A stretch of 64,000 nt of DNA from an uncultured Gemmatimonadales bacterium (GTDB taxonomy: Bacteria; Gemmatimonadota; Gemmatimonadetes; Gemmatimonadales; Gemmatimonadaceae): assembly GCA_963851265.1 (NCBI GenBank), contig CAWKNZ010000006.1, positions 96,001 through 160,000 on the forward strand, in the 5' to 3' direction. Shown here piece after piece: positions 10,201 to 19,629 of this stretch. Made by a program: the position numbers and the translations under genes. The notes under the pieces are model-generated. The model was not told the DNA's origin. It worked only from the letters and a program-made list of their open reading frames with translations, and did no database searches. Every line of letters starts with the position of its first letter. Position 1 is the stretch's first letter.

Positions 10201-10806
10201 CAGGGGCCCGTTCCGCACCGCACCCAGCCGGACGTCAAGGCGCCGTGGGCGCCGCCGGGCGACTACACCGTGCGCCTCACGGTCGACGGCCGCCGCTACA
10301 CGCAGCCGCTCACCCTCCGCCTCGACCCGCGCGTCACCACGCCCCCGGCCGGCCTCGCGCAACTCGCCGCGGCGTCCACGTCCGCGTACGATGCGGCGCG
10401 CGCCGCGCACGCGGCGTACGTGCAGGCGCGCGCCCTCTCCGCGCGGCTGGCCGCACTCCGCGGCGACGACGCGGCCGCGTTCCGGGCGCAGGTCGACTCG
10501 CTCGCGCCCGCGGCCGGCGCGCGGGCGGGCGGTCGCGCCGCGCGCCGCGGCGGGGGCGCGGAGGGCGCGACCACCCTCGACGGCGCGAGCACGGCGCTCG
10601 TCGCCGCCGTGATGGCGATGCAGGGCGCCGACGTCGCGCCGACGGCGGGTCAGCTCGCGGCGTGCGAGCGCGCCCGCGCGCAGGCGACCGCGGCGATCGC
10701 CCGCTGGGACGCGCTCCGCACGGGCGCGCTCACTGGATTCAACGCCCGGCGCCGCGCGGCGGGTCAGGCGACGGTCGCGGCCGTCGAACCCGGCGCGGCG
10801 CCCTGA
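7279..10806 (+). CDS. Secreted VPS10/BNR repeat beta-propeller protein, putative glycosyl hydrolase (BNR2)
   Basis: Signal peptide MRASLPRLTLAA...; WREIGPTRAGR; multiple STDGGxTW Asp-boxes; AATHGRGFW. Confidence 0.9.
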   Translation: MRASLPRLTLAAAVAVAAPTTGRTQAPAVASPPGAAGDPAAAMHWREIGPTRAGRARALAGVPSRPNVFYVGFDNGGVWRSTDYGSTWQPIFDAEGTGSIGAIAVSPSNPDVIYVGTGAGIIRPDLAIGDGVYKSTDGGKTWTHLGLRDSQMIAMIDIDPRDPDRIFVAALGHPYGPNAERGIFRSTDGGRTFAKVLYKDEYTSGNDVRMDPRDPNTVYATLWQQQQSFIEGQGFSGAGNGIYKSTDGGTTWRQLTNGLPSVIQANLAIAPSDPRTLYAAVAGAGPDGGVGRGGTGVVGFYTSGDAGEHWRLAVQNVTSGSGQGTDAHDAHGPDRRAGAAATGGAAGTAAGAAGAPDAAPRGSGGAGGTRADSAGAAARGDAPTLGDPRPMIRIGGGDLPTLAVDSRNPRAVYSSSTVLWRTEDAGLTWTAVRGAPGGDDYQKTWINPNDPNVLLVVSDQGAVVSANRGASWSNWYTQPTAAMYHVSTDFAFPYRVCGGQQDSGSACVESRSMDGEITFHDWHPVNIQEYGIAAPDPRNPDAVYGSMRTNVSLYDRKTGQTTFVGPDATARGTEFGRNVRTMPINWSPLDPNTLYYTSNAVWKSTDHAHSWTRISPDLARPTWAVPASAGKYAATVTPAPAGAITAFAPSPRDAQVLWAGTDDGNVQRTSDGGAHWTNVTPAAIKPWTRIFNLDAGHFDARTAYAAANTLRIDDRDPHFWRTHDGGQTWTEIDRGIAPGAVANSIREDPRTPGLLYGATDTQVWVSFDDGDHWQSLRRDMPAISVRDLQVKDDTTCLCADLVAATHGRGFWILDDLTPLRQAAALRAAAASRSAYLVKPATAVRVRFATNDPTPWPPELPAGENPPPGAILDYALAADAAGPVSLEILDAAGKVVRTYSSGDRTSDPDPALDPAAYDRLCQRTPSAPHCDVPLYWPAPAMRISTAAGMHRVSWDLHYQPIAGGADAGAGDDEGGQGPVPHRTQPDVKAPWAPPGDYTVRLTVDGRRYTQPLTLRLDPRVTTPPAGLAQLAAASTSAYDAARAAHAAYVQARALSARLAALRGDDAAAFRAQVDSLAPAAGARAGGRAARRGGGAEGATTLDGASTALVAAVMAMQGADVAPTAGQLAACERARAQATAAIARWDALRTGALTGFNARRRAAGQATVAAVEPGAAP

Positions 10807-10867
10807 TAGGCACGTCGATCACTCGCGCACGGTATCCCGCAGGGCCGCCGAGTTGCTCGGCGGCCGG

Positions 10868-11455
10868 CTACCGCACCCGGCGCCAGACCTCGGTCGTCTC
10901 CGGGGGCCGGCCGTTGGCCGTGGCCGGGTCGTCGGGCCAGCTGTAGGTGTGGTACCAGCGGTCTCCCTCGGTCCGGCAAGTGGCCAACAGCGACTGCCGC
11001 TCCCGCCGGGGATCGAAAAAGTACTCCAGGTGCTCGGTGTAGACGTTGCCGGCGAGCGAGTACGTCCCCGAGCCGCCGGTGATCGGGGTCGTGCGCGTCG
11101 AGTCGGTGGAAGTGCCGGCGCCGGTCGCCCGCACCGGGACCATGGTCGACCGTCCGGATTCACTGATCCACATGAAGTGCCCACGGTCGACGAACTTCCG
11201 CTCCCGCCGCCCCTGGAGCGGCTGGTCCTTGCCGTTCACGGCGACCGAGGTGAGATCCCAGATCCCCTCGACGTGGCAGGCGCCGGCGGTCGATCTGGCG
11301 CCGGCGCGGGGGGCCGCGGCTTTGGGCGCCGCCGGAACCTGCGCCCGCGCGGCAGGCGGACCGCAGAGAACGGCAGCCGCGGCGATGGCGGCTAGCCGGC
11401 GGGCAACACGAGCTGAACTACCGAGTACCGCACAACGCGCAACACGTCGAGACAT
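10868..11455 (-). CDS. Secreted hypothetical protein, lipocalin-like beta-barrel
   Basis: GGGAGG RBS and ATG at 11455; signal peptide; VEGIWDLTS and GTYSLAGNVYTEHLEY motifs; C-terminal EVWRRV. Confidence 0.65.
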   Translation of the reverse strand: MSRRVARCAVLGSSARVARRLAAIAAAAVLCGPPAARAQVPAAPKAAAPRAGARSTAGACHVEGIWDLTSVAVNGKDQPLQGRRERKFVDRGHFMWISESGRSTMVPVRATGAGTSTDSTRTTPITGGSGTYSLAGNVYTEHLEYFFDPRRERQSLLATCRTEGDRWYHTYSWPDDPATANGRPPETTEVWRRVR

Positions 11456-11672
11456 TCTGGCCTCCCACGTGCTTGATCGGAACGGCCGGGGCGCCAGCCG
11501 CCCGCGATGACAGGACTGCTCGCCCGGCGCAAACATACGACCGGGTCCGATCCCCGCCAGAGTGGCGCGCCGGGCAATCGCGGTCCGACCGGGACGGTCG
11601 CTGGCCGTACCACATCGCCGTGGCGAGTACCTCGTCGGCGCTCGTGGCCCAGACGAACGGCCTCGGCGCGGA

Positions 11673-12397
11673 CTACCCGGGCGGCTGCCCGGGCGGCTGC
11701 ACGGCGGCTGCACGGGCGGCTGCACGGGCGGCACCGAGCGCGCCACGAACAGCGTGTGGCGCGGGCCGCCCGCGGCGTGCGCACGCACCCGTTCGACCTC
11801 GACCGCGAGCCCCGCACGCCGGAGCGCGGCCTCGAACGCGGGGTCCGCGCCCGCCGACCAGTAGGCGAGGCGACCGTTCGGACGCAGGGCCGCGACCGCG
11901 GCCCGGATGCCCGCGCCGCCGTACAACGCGGCGTTGGCGGCCGTAGTGAGCGACTCGGCGCCGTTGTCGACGTCGAGTAGGACCGCGTCGAACGCGGCGC
12001 GCGATTCCCTCAGCACGTCGGCGACGTCGGCGTGGCGCACGGTCACGCGCGCGTCGGCCAGGGCGTCGGCCGCGAGCCCGTACTCCGCGTTGCGGTTCCA
12101 GTCGATCACCGCCGCGACCAGCTCCGCGACGACGACCTCCGCGTCCGGCGCGAGCACCGCAAGTGCGGCCCGTAGCGTGAACCCGAGTCCGAGGCCGCCG
12201 ATGAGCACGCGCGCCCCCGCGACGTTGGCGAGCGGCGCGCACGCGACTTCGCCGAAGCGCTCCTCCGACCGGTGGCGCCGCGTCGACATCAGCTCGACGC
12301 CGCCCGCCTGGATGCGGTACGCGCCGTCGTGCCGCGTGAGCGTGAGCACCGTGCCGTCGGGCGCGGTGGCGGACGCGAGGCGCTCCGTGCGCTTCAC
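11673..12397 (-). CDS. Spermidine-synthase-like SAM-dependent methyltransferase; its natural stop at 11673 is out of frame by 1 nt
   Basis: VLIGGLGLGFTL SAM-binding motif, VAEL, FDAVLLDVDNG, LAYWSA; C-terminal (V/G)QPP repeats. Confidence 0.8.
11679..11734. repeat. 12-bp tandem repeat GGGCGGCTGC(A/C)C, about 4.5 copies, one copy of 11 bp
   Basis: Units at 11679-11690, 11691-11702, 11703-11713 (11 nt), 11714-11725, and a partial unit at 11726-11734. Confidence 0.85.
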
Positions 12398-12421
12398 GGG
12401 TCCGCCCTCACGGATCCGCCG

Positions 12422-13432
12422 TCACGACGGGCCGCCTTCGCGCTCGCCGCCTAACGGGACGCGCGTCCCCGCGCCCGCGGCGACGGCCTTCGCGTGGACG
12501 TGCACTGCCGCCGCGACGTCCTCCACCGCGAGGCCGAGCGACTTGAACAGCGTGACCTCCTCGGCCGAGCGGCGGCCCGCGATGCGGCCGAGCAGCAGCT
12601 CGCCGAGCTCACCCACGATGTGCGCGTCGTCGACGGCGGCTTCGGCCCTCGCCATCAGGAAGTCGCCCGCCTCGGCCAGCGCCGACTCGCGGCGGTCGAC
12701 GTAGAGCCGCGCGCGGCGCACGGCCTCGGCGTCCAGCTCGCGCGCGCTCGCGACGCTCGCGCCGACGGCGTTCACGTGCGCGCCGGGCGCGAGCCACCTG
12801 CCGCGCAGCACGGGCTCGCGTGACGCGGTCGTGGTGCACACCACCGCCGCGCCGTCCACCGCCGCCTCCGCGCCCGCCACGGCCACGACCGGGATCGCGT
12901 GCCGCTCGGCGGCCCGCCGTGCGAACGCCTCCGCGCGCGCGTACGTCCGACTCCACACCCGCACGCGCGCGATCGGCCGGACGTGGCACATCGCGTCGAG
13001 GTGCGTCGCGGCCTGCACGCCGGCACCGAGGATGGCGAGGTCGGTCGCGTCGGCGCGCGCCAGCGCCCGCGTCGCGATTCCCGAGACGGCGGCCGTGCGG
13101 ATCGCCGTGATCGCGCTCGCGTCCATCACGGCCAGCAGGCGTCCCCGTTCCGACTCGAAGAGCAGCACGGCTCCCTGGTGCGAGTCGAGCCGAGTGCCCT
13201 CGTTGCCCGGAAACACCGTGATCACCTTGACGCCGAGGGACGCCGGACGGGCGAGCGCGGCGGGCATCGTGGCGAAGGCGCCGTGGCCGTCGGCGAGCCG
13301 CAGGACGGTGCGCAGCGGGAGCGACGCCTCACCGGCGGCGAGCGCGCGCAACGCGTCGTCCATGACCTCGATGCACTCGCCCATCGGGAGCAGCGCCCCG
13401 ACCTCGGCCTGATTGACGACGAGGATGTCCAT
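12422..13432 (-). CDS. Ornithine cyclodeaminase / mu-crystallin family protein
   Basis: ITAIRTAAVS, ILGAGVQA NAD-binding motif, GAHVNAVG, TLFKSLGLAVEDVAAA. Confidence 0.92.
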   Translation of the reverse strand: MDILVVNQAEVGALLPMGECIEVMDDALRALAAGEASLPLRTVLRLADGHGAFATMPAALARPASLGVKVITVFPGNEGTRLDSHQGAVLLFESERGRLLAVMDASAITAIRTAAVSGIATRALARADATDLAILGAGVQAATHLDAMCHVRPIARVRVWSRTYARAEAFARRAAERHAIPVVAVAGAEAAVDGAAVVCTTTASREPVLRGRWLAPGAHVNAVGASVASARELDAEAVRRARLYVDRRESALAEAGDFLMARAEAAVDDAHIVGELGELLLGRIAGRRSAEEVTLFKSLGLAVEDVAAAVHVHAKAVAAGAGTRVPLGGEREGGPS

Positions 13433-13468
13433 CCCGCAGGATAGCGGGGCTCGCGAAGCGCTCCCGCC

Positions 13469-14170
13469 TCAGCGTGCCGCGACGATCTGCGCGCGGAGCA
13501 GCCGATCGAGCCGCGGGAACGCGCGGTCCAGGTACGCGTTGCCGAGCACGAACACCGAGTCCTGCTGACCTCCGCGCATGCCCCCGCCCGACCGCTCGCC
13601 GTAGCCGGCGTACAGACGATCGACGATCTCCATCCCGTCGACCACGCGGCCCAGCGGCGCGAATCCCTGGGCGTCGAGCCGCGCGTTGTCGACGAGGTTG
13701 ATGAACAGCTGCGTGGTGCGCGTGTCGGGGCCGGTCATGGCGTAGCTGATCGTGCCGCGCGCGTTCGTCTGCCGGACCGGATCGTCGGGGATCGCCGCCG
13801 CGCGCCACGCGGTGGCGACGGCCGGGTCGCCCGCGATGCCGAACTGCGCGACGAACGCACTCCGAACGCGGAAGAACCGCGAGTCGTCGAAGAAGCCCGC
13901 GCGCACGAGCTGGTACAACCGGTCGGCGCCGTGCGGCGCCCACGCGCGCCACACCTCGACGACGAAGGCGCCGCGCGTCGTCTCGACCCGCACCCGAAAC
14001 ACCGCGGGTGCCAGCGTGCGCCACCATGCAGCTGACGTGTCGGCGAGCGCGGCCCTGGCTTCCGCTGGCGCCGGCCCCGGGGCGGGGGCGCGCGCGCCCA
14101 CACAGCCCGCCGGCGCGAGCGAGACGGCCAGCGCCGTGACCGAAGCCACCGCGCGTACCGTCAGCGCCAG
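13469..14170 (-). CDS. Cyclophilin-type peptidyl-prolyl isomerase, probable lipoprotein (start uncertain)
   Basis: VETTRGAF, WAPHGADR, FFRV...FVAQFG, RGTISYAM, RTTQLFINL.DN..LD..GFAP.GRVV.GM; lipobox-like PAGC. Confidence 0.85.
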   Translation of the reverse strand: MALTVRAVASVTALAVSLAPAGCVGARAPAPGPAPAEARAALADTSAAWWRTLAPAVFRVRVETTRGAFVVEVWRAWAPHGADRLYQLVRAGFFDDSRFFRVRSAFVAQFGIAGDPAVATAWRAAAIPDDPVRQTNARGTISYAMTGPDTRTTQLFINLVDNARLDAQGFAPLGRVVDGMEIVDRLYAGYGERSGGGMRGGQQDSVFVLGNAYLDRAFPRLDRLLRAQIVAAR

Positions 14171-14234
14171 CCGCGCCCCGGCCGTAGACTGGGGAGCGGC
14201 CCTGCCGCCCCCCTCCCGCCCCGAGGAGTTCCGC

Positions 14235-16352
14235 ATGCGCACTCGTCGTCTCGCCTCGCTCGCGTTCCCGCTGTTCGTCATCGCCGCGTCGGCCGCCGCG
14301 CCCGCCGCCGCGCGCGCTCAGGTGCCGACGGCAATCTCGGCGCCGGCCGCCGCGCCGGCCACCGCCGCGCGCCCGAGCCGTCACCTCGCGCTCGAGCAGT
14401 ACCTCGACTGGACCGAGGTGCAGAACCCGCAGATCTCCCCCGACGGCACGCGGATCCTGTTCACGCGGCGCTGGGTCGACAAGATGAACGACAAGTGGGA
14501 GACCGCGCTCTGGATGACGAGCGCCGACGGCTCCCACGCCCGAGCGCTCGCGCAGGGCGGCGACGCCCGGTGGTCGCCCGACGGGCGGCGCGTCGCGTAC
14601 ACCGCCAAGGGCGAGCCCGGCGGCACCCCGCAGATCTTCGTGCGCTGGATGGACGCCGAGGGAGCGACCACCCAGATCTCGCACCTGACCGAGACGCCGT
14701 CCGCGCTCACCTGGTCGCCCGACGGGCGTACGATCGCCTTCACGATGAACGTGCCGGTGAAGGACGACTGGAAGATCGCCATGCCGGCGCCGCCCAAAGG
14801 CGCGAAGTGGACCGAACCGCCGAAAGTCGTCACGCGCCTCAACTACCGCGCCGACCGCGTCGGCTATACGGACGACTCGTACCGCCACGTGTTCGTGATC
14901 TCGGCCGACGGCGGCACGGCGCGGCAGATCACGACCGGCGACTACAACTATTCGCCGCCGAGCTTCTCGGGCGACGGCGAGTGGGTCGCGTTCTCGGCCA
15001 ACCGCGTGCCCGACTGGGAGCGCGCGTTCCGCCGCTCGCAGGTCTACGCGGCCAACATCCACACGGGCGAGCTGCGGCAGCTGACGACCGGCTCGGGCTC
15101 CAACGCCAACCCGCTCTTCTCGCCCGACGGCCGCTACATCGCGTACTCGGGCGCCGACTCGTCCGACCACTCCGCCTCGCCCGACACCAAGCTGCGGGTG
15201 ATGAACGCGGACGGCAGCAACCCGCACGTCGTCTCGGGCGCGCTCGACCGGCCGATCACCAACGCGTTCTGGGCGCTCGACGGCGACCGCCTGTACTTCG
15301 ACGTCGAGAGCGAAGGCTCGCGCAACCTGTACGTGACCACGCCCGCCGGGCAGCCGCGCGCGCTCACGGGCGGCGCGCACGTGCTCACCGTGGGCGGCGT
15401 CTCGCGCAACGGGACCGCCGTCGGCGTCCGCTCCACGCCCTCCAAGCCCAACGACCTGGTCGCCTTCGAGCTCCCCCGCGCGGGGACCGCGACCGCGTTC
15501 ACGCAGCTCACCCATGTGAACGACGACGTGCTCGCGGGCAAGCAGCTCGCGACCACCGAGGAGGTGTGGTACACCTCCAAGGACGGGCTCCGCATCCAGG
15601 GCTGGATCGTCAAGCCGCCGGATTTCGATCCGTCGCGCAAATATCCGCTGATCCTCGACATCCACGGCGGGCCGCAGGCGATGTACAACGTCGGCTTCAG
15701 CTTCGCGCGGCAGGACCACGCGGCCAACGGCTACGTCGTGCTCTACACCAACCCGCGCGGCAGCACCGGTTACGGTATGGCCTTCACCAACGCCATCAAG
15801 AACGCCTACCCTGGCAGCGACTTCGACGACCTCATGGCCGGAGTCGACACGGTGCTCGGCCGCGGCTACGTCGACCCCAAGTCGCTCTACGTGTACGGCT
15901 GTTCGGGCGGCGGCGTCCTCACGGCGTGGATCGTCGGACACACGCAGCGGTTCGCGGCGGCGGCATCGCTCTGCCCGGTCATCAACTGGATCAGCTTCGT
16001 CGGCCAGACCGACGGCGCGGTCTGGTACGACAACTTCGAGAAGCCGTTCTGGGAAGACCCGAGCGAGTACCTCCGCCGCTCGCCGATCATGTACGTCGGC
16101 CACGTCACGACGCCCACGATGCTGATGACCGGCGTGCTCGACCTCCGCACGCCGATTCCGCAGAGCGAGGAGTTCTACCGCGCGCTCAAGATGCGTGGCG
16201 TGCCCACGGCGATGATCCGGATGAACAACGAGTACCACGGCACGTCGAGCACGCCGTCCAACTTCCTCCGCACGCAGCTGTACGTGCGGAGCTGGTTCGC
16301 GCGCTGGGGCGACCGGGCGCGCGCGACGACGACCACCGCCGCCGCGCCATGA
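14235..16352 (+). CDS. S9 family (prolyl oligopeptidase-like) secreted peptidase
   Basis: GAGGAG RBS; signal peptide; WSPDG PD40 repeats; IHGGP; GCSGGG nucleophile motif; DLRTP; EYHG. Confidence 0.93.
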   Translation: MRTRRLASLAFPLFVIAASAAAPAAARAQVPTAISAPAAAPATAARPSRHLALEQYLDWTEVQNPQISPDGTRILFTRRWVDKMNDKWETALWMTSADGSHARALAQGGDARWSPDGRRVAYTAKGEPGGTPQIFVRWMDAEGATTQISHLTETPSALTWSPDGRTIAFTMNVPVKDDWKIAMPAPPKGAKWTEPPKVVTRLNYRADRVGYTDDSYRHVFVISADGGTARQITTGDYNYSPPSFSGDGEWVAFSANRVPDWERAFRRSQVYAANIHTGELRQLTTGSGSNANPLFSPDGRYIAYSGADSSDHSASPDTKLRVMNADGSNPHVVSGALDRPITNAFWALDGDRLYFDVESEGSRNLYVTTPAGQPRALTGGAHVLTVGGVSRNGTAVGVRSTPSKPNDLVAFELPRAGTATAFTQLTHVNDDVLAGKQLATTEEVWYTSKDGLRIQGWIVKPPDFDPSRKYPLILDIHGGPQAMYNVGFSFARQDHAANGYVVLYTNPRGSTGYGMAFTNAIKNAYPGSDFDDLMAGVDTVLGRGYVDPKSLYVYGCSGGGVLTAWIVGHTQRFAAAASLCPVINWISFVGQTDGAVWYDNFEKPFWEDPSEYLRRSPIMYVGHVTTPTMLMTGVLDLRTPIPQSEEFYRALKMRGVPTAMIRMNNEYHGTSSTPSNFLRTQLYVRSWFARWGDRARATTTTAAAP

Positions 16353-16365
16353 TCATCCTCCCGCC

Positions 16366-16393
16366 GGCACCCTCGCGAAAGCGGGGGTCCACC
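16366..16393 (+). repeat. REP-like palindromic element
   Basis: GGCACCCTCGCGAAAGCGGGGGTCCACC between convergent genes; similar to the elements at 51545 and 62740/62777. Confidence 0.65.
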
Positions 16394-16433
16394 CGTCACG
16401 GGTGACGGACGCCGGCCGACCCGCGCCAGCCCT

Positions 16434-17303
16434 TCACCGCTCGAAGCGCCACACCACCCCCCCCGCCTCCGCGTCCGGCACCGCACGCGCCCGGACGCGG
16501 AACACCCGCTCGAGCAGCGCGGGCGGCACCGCCGTCGCGTCCGCGCCGCGGTACGCGACGCGCCCCGCGTCCATCACGAGCACGTCGTCCGCGTAACGCA
16601 TCGCCACGTTGAGGTCGTGCAGCACCGCGACCACCGCGCCGCCGCGCGCCGCAAACTCGCGCGCGAGGTCGAGCACCGCGAGCTGGTAGTGCACGTCCAG
16701 ACTGGCGGTCGGCTCGTCGAGGAACAGCACGCGGGGCGTGCCAGCCGCGCCGCCAGCCGCGCCGCCAGCCGCCACGCCCGACGCTCCGCTCGCCGCGGTA
16801 CCGGGCGTCTCGTGCGGCGCGTCGGCCCACAGCTGGGCCAGCACCCGCGCGAGATGCACCTTCTGCCGCTCCCCGCCCGAGAGCGTCGGGTACGGCTGAC
16901 CGCGCTGCCCCGACATCCCCACGAGCGCGAGGGCGGCGTCCACCACCGCCCGGTCGCGTGCCGACGGCACCCGTGCGTAGTGCGGCGCGCGCCCCATGAG
17001 CACGACCTCGGCCGCGGTGAGCGCGAACGCGAGCTCCACGTGCTGCGACAGCACGGCGCGCGTGCGCGCGAGCTCGAGCGGCGCATAGGCCGCGAGCGGG
17101 CGCCCGCCGTAGGCGACCGCGCCCGCGCTCGGGCGCGCGAGCCCGGTCGCCACGCGCAGCAGCGTCGACTTGCCGGCCCCGTTCGGGCCGACGATCACGG
17201 AGAAGCGGCCGGCCGCGAACTCCGCGCTCACGCCGTCGAGCAGACGCCGGGCGCGCACGTCGTACACGACGTCGCGCAGGGAGACGGCGCCCGCGGCCGT
17301 CAC
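16434..17303 (-). CDS. hmuV: Heme ABC transporter ATP-binding protein
   Basis: GPNGAGKST, LSGGERQKVHLARVLAQLW, LFLDEPT; GTG start overlaps the permease stop. Confidence 0.88.
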   Translation of the reverse strand: MTAAGAVSLRDVVYDVRARRLLDGVSAEFAAGRFSVIVGPNGAGKSTLLRVATGLARPSAGAVAYGGRPLAAYAPLELARTRAVLSQHVELAFALTAAEVVLMGRAPHYARVPSARDRAVVDAALALVGMSGQRGQPYPTLSGGERQKVHLARVLAQLWADAPHETPGTAASGASGVAAGGAAGGAAGTPRVLFLDEPTASLDVHYQLAVLDLAREFAARGGAVVAVLHDLNVAMRYADDVLVMDAGRVAYRGADATAVPPALLERVFRVRARAVPDAEAGGVVWRFER

Positions 17304-18379
17304 GCGTCCGCCCCCGCCCGCCGCTGCCGCACGAGCAACGTCAGGAAGAGCGGCGCCCCCACGACCGCCGTGACGATCCCCACCGGCAGCTCCGCCGGCG
17401 CGACGATCACGCGCGCCGCCACGTCGACCACCTCCATGAGCGCCGCGCCTAACAGCGCGGCCGCCGGCAGCAGGAACGCGTGGTCCGCCGACCGCAACAG
17501 CCGAACCAGATGGGGCACCACGAGTCCCACGAACGCGATCACCCCGACCACCGACGTCGCCGCCGCGACGAGGCACGTGTTCACGACGAGCAGCCGCACG
17601 GTGAGTCTCGCCGGGTCGAGCCCCAGGAGCGCGGCCTCGTCCTCGCCGAGCATGAGCGCGTTGAGCGCCTTCGCGTCGCCGATCGCGAGCGGCAGCCCCA
17701 CCGCCGCCACCGCCGCGACCAGCAGCACCCCCGGCCAGCTCGCCGCGGTGAACGTGCCCAGGCTCCAGAAGGTGATGCTCCGCGCCTGCGGGTCGCGCGC
17801 CACGTACGCCAGCAGCCCGGTGAGCGCCGAGCACACCGCGTTCACCGCCACGCCGCCCAGCAGCAGCGTGAACACGTCCACCCGGCCGTACATCGACGCC
17901 AGCCGGTACACCACCCACGTCGCGGCGAACGCGCCGGCCGCGGCGACCAGCGGCGTCGCGGCCAGCCCGAGCAGCCCGCCCGCGGCGCCGGCCGCGCGGC
18001 CGGCGCCTAACACGAGCACCGCCGCGGCGCCGAGCGCCGCGCCGGCGGACGTCCCCGTCAGCCCGGGCTCGACGATCGGGTTCCGGAAGAGCCCCTGCAT
18101 GAGCGTCCCCGACACGCCGAGCACCGCGCCCGTGAGGCCGGCGAGCAGCACGCGGGGCAGCCGGAGCGTGACCAGTACGCCCCGCCGCAGCGCGTCCGGA
18201 TCGCCCGCCCCGGCGGCCCCGGCGCCCGCCCCGCCGCGCCCCACGATCGCGCCCGCCGCGAAGCGCACCACCTCGCCCGGCGTGAACGCGAACGCCCCCG
18301 CGCACGCCGACAGTAGCAGCGCCCCCGCGAGGAGCAGCGCGAGCGCGGCGTACGCCTCGCCCGCCGTGAGCCGCCGCAT
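17300..18379 (-). CDS. hmuU: FecCD-family heme ABC permease
   Basis: LRLPRV, MQGLFRNPIVEP, ITFWSLG, LGEDEAALLG, IAFVGLVVPHL, ELPVGIVT. Confidence 0.9.
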   Translation of the reverse strand: MRRLTAGEAYAALALLLAGALLLSACAGAFAFTPGEVVRFAAGAIVGRGGAGAGAAGAGDPDALRRGVLVTLRLPRVLLAGLTGAVLGVSGTLMQGLFRNPIVEPGLTGTSAGAALGAAAVLVLGAGRAAGAAGGLLGLAATPLVAAAGAFAATWVVYRLASMYGRVDVFTLLLGGVAVNAVCSALTGLLAYVARDPQARSITFWSLGTFTAASWPGVLLVAAVAAVGLPLAIGDAKALNALMLGEDEAALLGLDPARLTVRLLVVNTCLVAAATSVVGVIAFVGLVVPHLVRLLRSADHAFLLPAAALLGAALMEVVDVAARVIVAPAELPVGIVTAVVGAPLFLTLLVRQRRAGADA

Positions 18380-18399
18380 CCGCCGCGCGCCGGCCGCGC

Positions 18400-19407
18400 C
18401 TAACGCGCGCCGGGGTGCAGCAGCGCCGCGAGGCGCCCCACCGCGGCCGGCGTGCGCGGCCCGAAGTACATCACCTCGCTCTCGTCCGCGCGCACCACCC
18501 GCCCCGAGCGCCCGGCCGGCGTGAGTCGCACCCCAGGCAGCCCCGCGAACGCCGCCGCGTTCCCCACGCGGTCGAACCCGACGTCGGTCGCGACGATCAC
18601 GTCGGGCGCGGCCCGCGCGATCAGCTCCGGCGTGAGCCGCGTCATCCCACCCGTCGAGTCGGCCGCGTTCACCCCGCCGGCGAGCGCGACCACGTGGTCG
18701 GTCGGTCCGCCCCGGTTGACCGCGAGGTAGTCGTTCACGAGCTGCCCGAAGTGCATCACCAGCACCCGCGGCCGCGGGCCCACCGCCCACCGCGCGCTGT
18801 CGCGCGCGGCCGCCGCCATCCCGGCCGCCCACGAGCCGCGCACGCTGTCGGCCGCGCGCTCCCGGTGAAAGCGGCGCCCCAGCACGACCAGCGCCGATTC
18901 GGCCCCGGCGACCGTCGCCCCCGGCCGCACGTCCACCACCGGCACGCCCACCGCCTTCACCTGCGCGAGCACCGCCTCGGGCCCGACGTTGCCGTCCGTC
19001 AGCACCAACGTCGGCCGCATCGAGAGAATGCCCTCCGCGCTCAGCGCGCGGTGGTATCCCACGCTCGGCAGCGCGCGGATGGCCGGCGGGTACACCGACG
19101 TGAGGTCGCGCGCGACGAGCACCCCCTCGGCACCGATCGCGTACAGAAACTCGTTGAGCTGCTTCGACACTCCCACCACCCGCTCGCGCCGCGCGTCGTC
19201 CGCGCGCCCGCCGCACCCGGCCAGGACTCCGAGCACCGCGAGCGTGGCGGCCGCCGGAACCGTGCGTCGCAGCGAGTCACGCCGTCGGGCGCCATGACCA
19301 CGCGCGCGATCGGCTCGCGCGCCGTCGGGCGGCGTGCGTGTCGCGCCCAGCACGGCCGCAGCTGTCGGACACGATGAGAAACGGCGGGCGGCAGGACGAC
19401 GACGCAT
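18400..19407 (-). CDS. hmuT: Heme ABC substrate-binding lipoprotein (start uncertain, between 19272 and 19407)
   Basis: Lipobox LAGC; VARDLTSVYP; VGYHRALSAEGILS, the Tyr heme-ligand motif of the HmuT/ShuT family; FGPRT. Confidence 0.8.
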   Translation of the reverse strand: MRRRPAARRFSSCPTAAAVLGATRTPPDGARADRARGHGARRRDSLRRTVPAAATLAVLGVLAGCGGRADDARRERVVGVSKQLNEFLYAIGAEGVLVARDLTSVYPPAIRALPSVGYHRALSAEGILSMRPTLVLTDGNVGPEAVLAQVKAVGVPVVDVRPGATVAGAESALVVLGRRFHRERAADSVRGSWAAGMAAAARDSARWAVGPRPRVLVMHFGQLVNDYLAVNRGGPTDHVVALAGGVNAADSTGGMTRLTPELIARAAPDVIVATDVGFDRVGNAAAFAGLPGVRLTPAGRSGRVVRADESEVMYFGPRTPAAVGRLAALLHPGAR

Positions 19408-19629
19408 CGGCGCGGGCTGGCGGTGGTCGAGGCGGACGCGGCGCACCCGCCGCGGGCGAGCACGCCCCGCGGCGGGTGCGACGGCAGCGGAGGACGCACG
19501 CGTCCTTCCGCGCAGTCTACGCAGCACGGAACGCCGACGCTGCCGGCACGAACGCGCGGGCGGACCTGAACGACGCCGCACGTAGCGACGCCGCTCTTTC
19601 GGAATGTGTGCCCCCCCACATATTTGCGC

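Noticed and set aside
11679..11734. Short repeat arrays as CRISPR
   Set aside because: These are contiguous 12-bp units with no spacers, and there are no cas genes.
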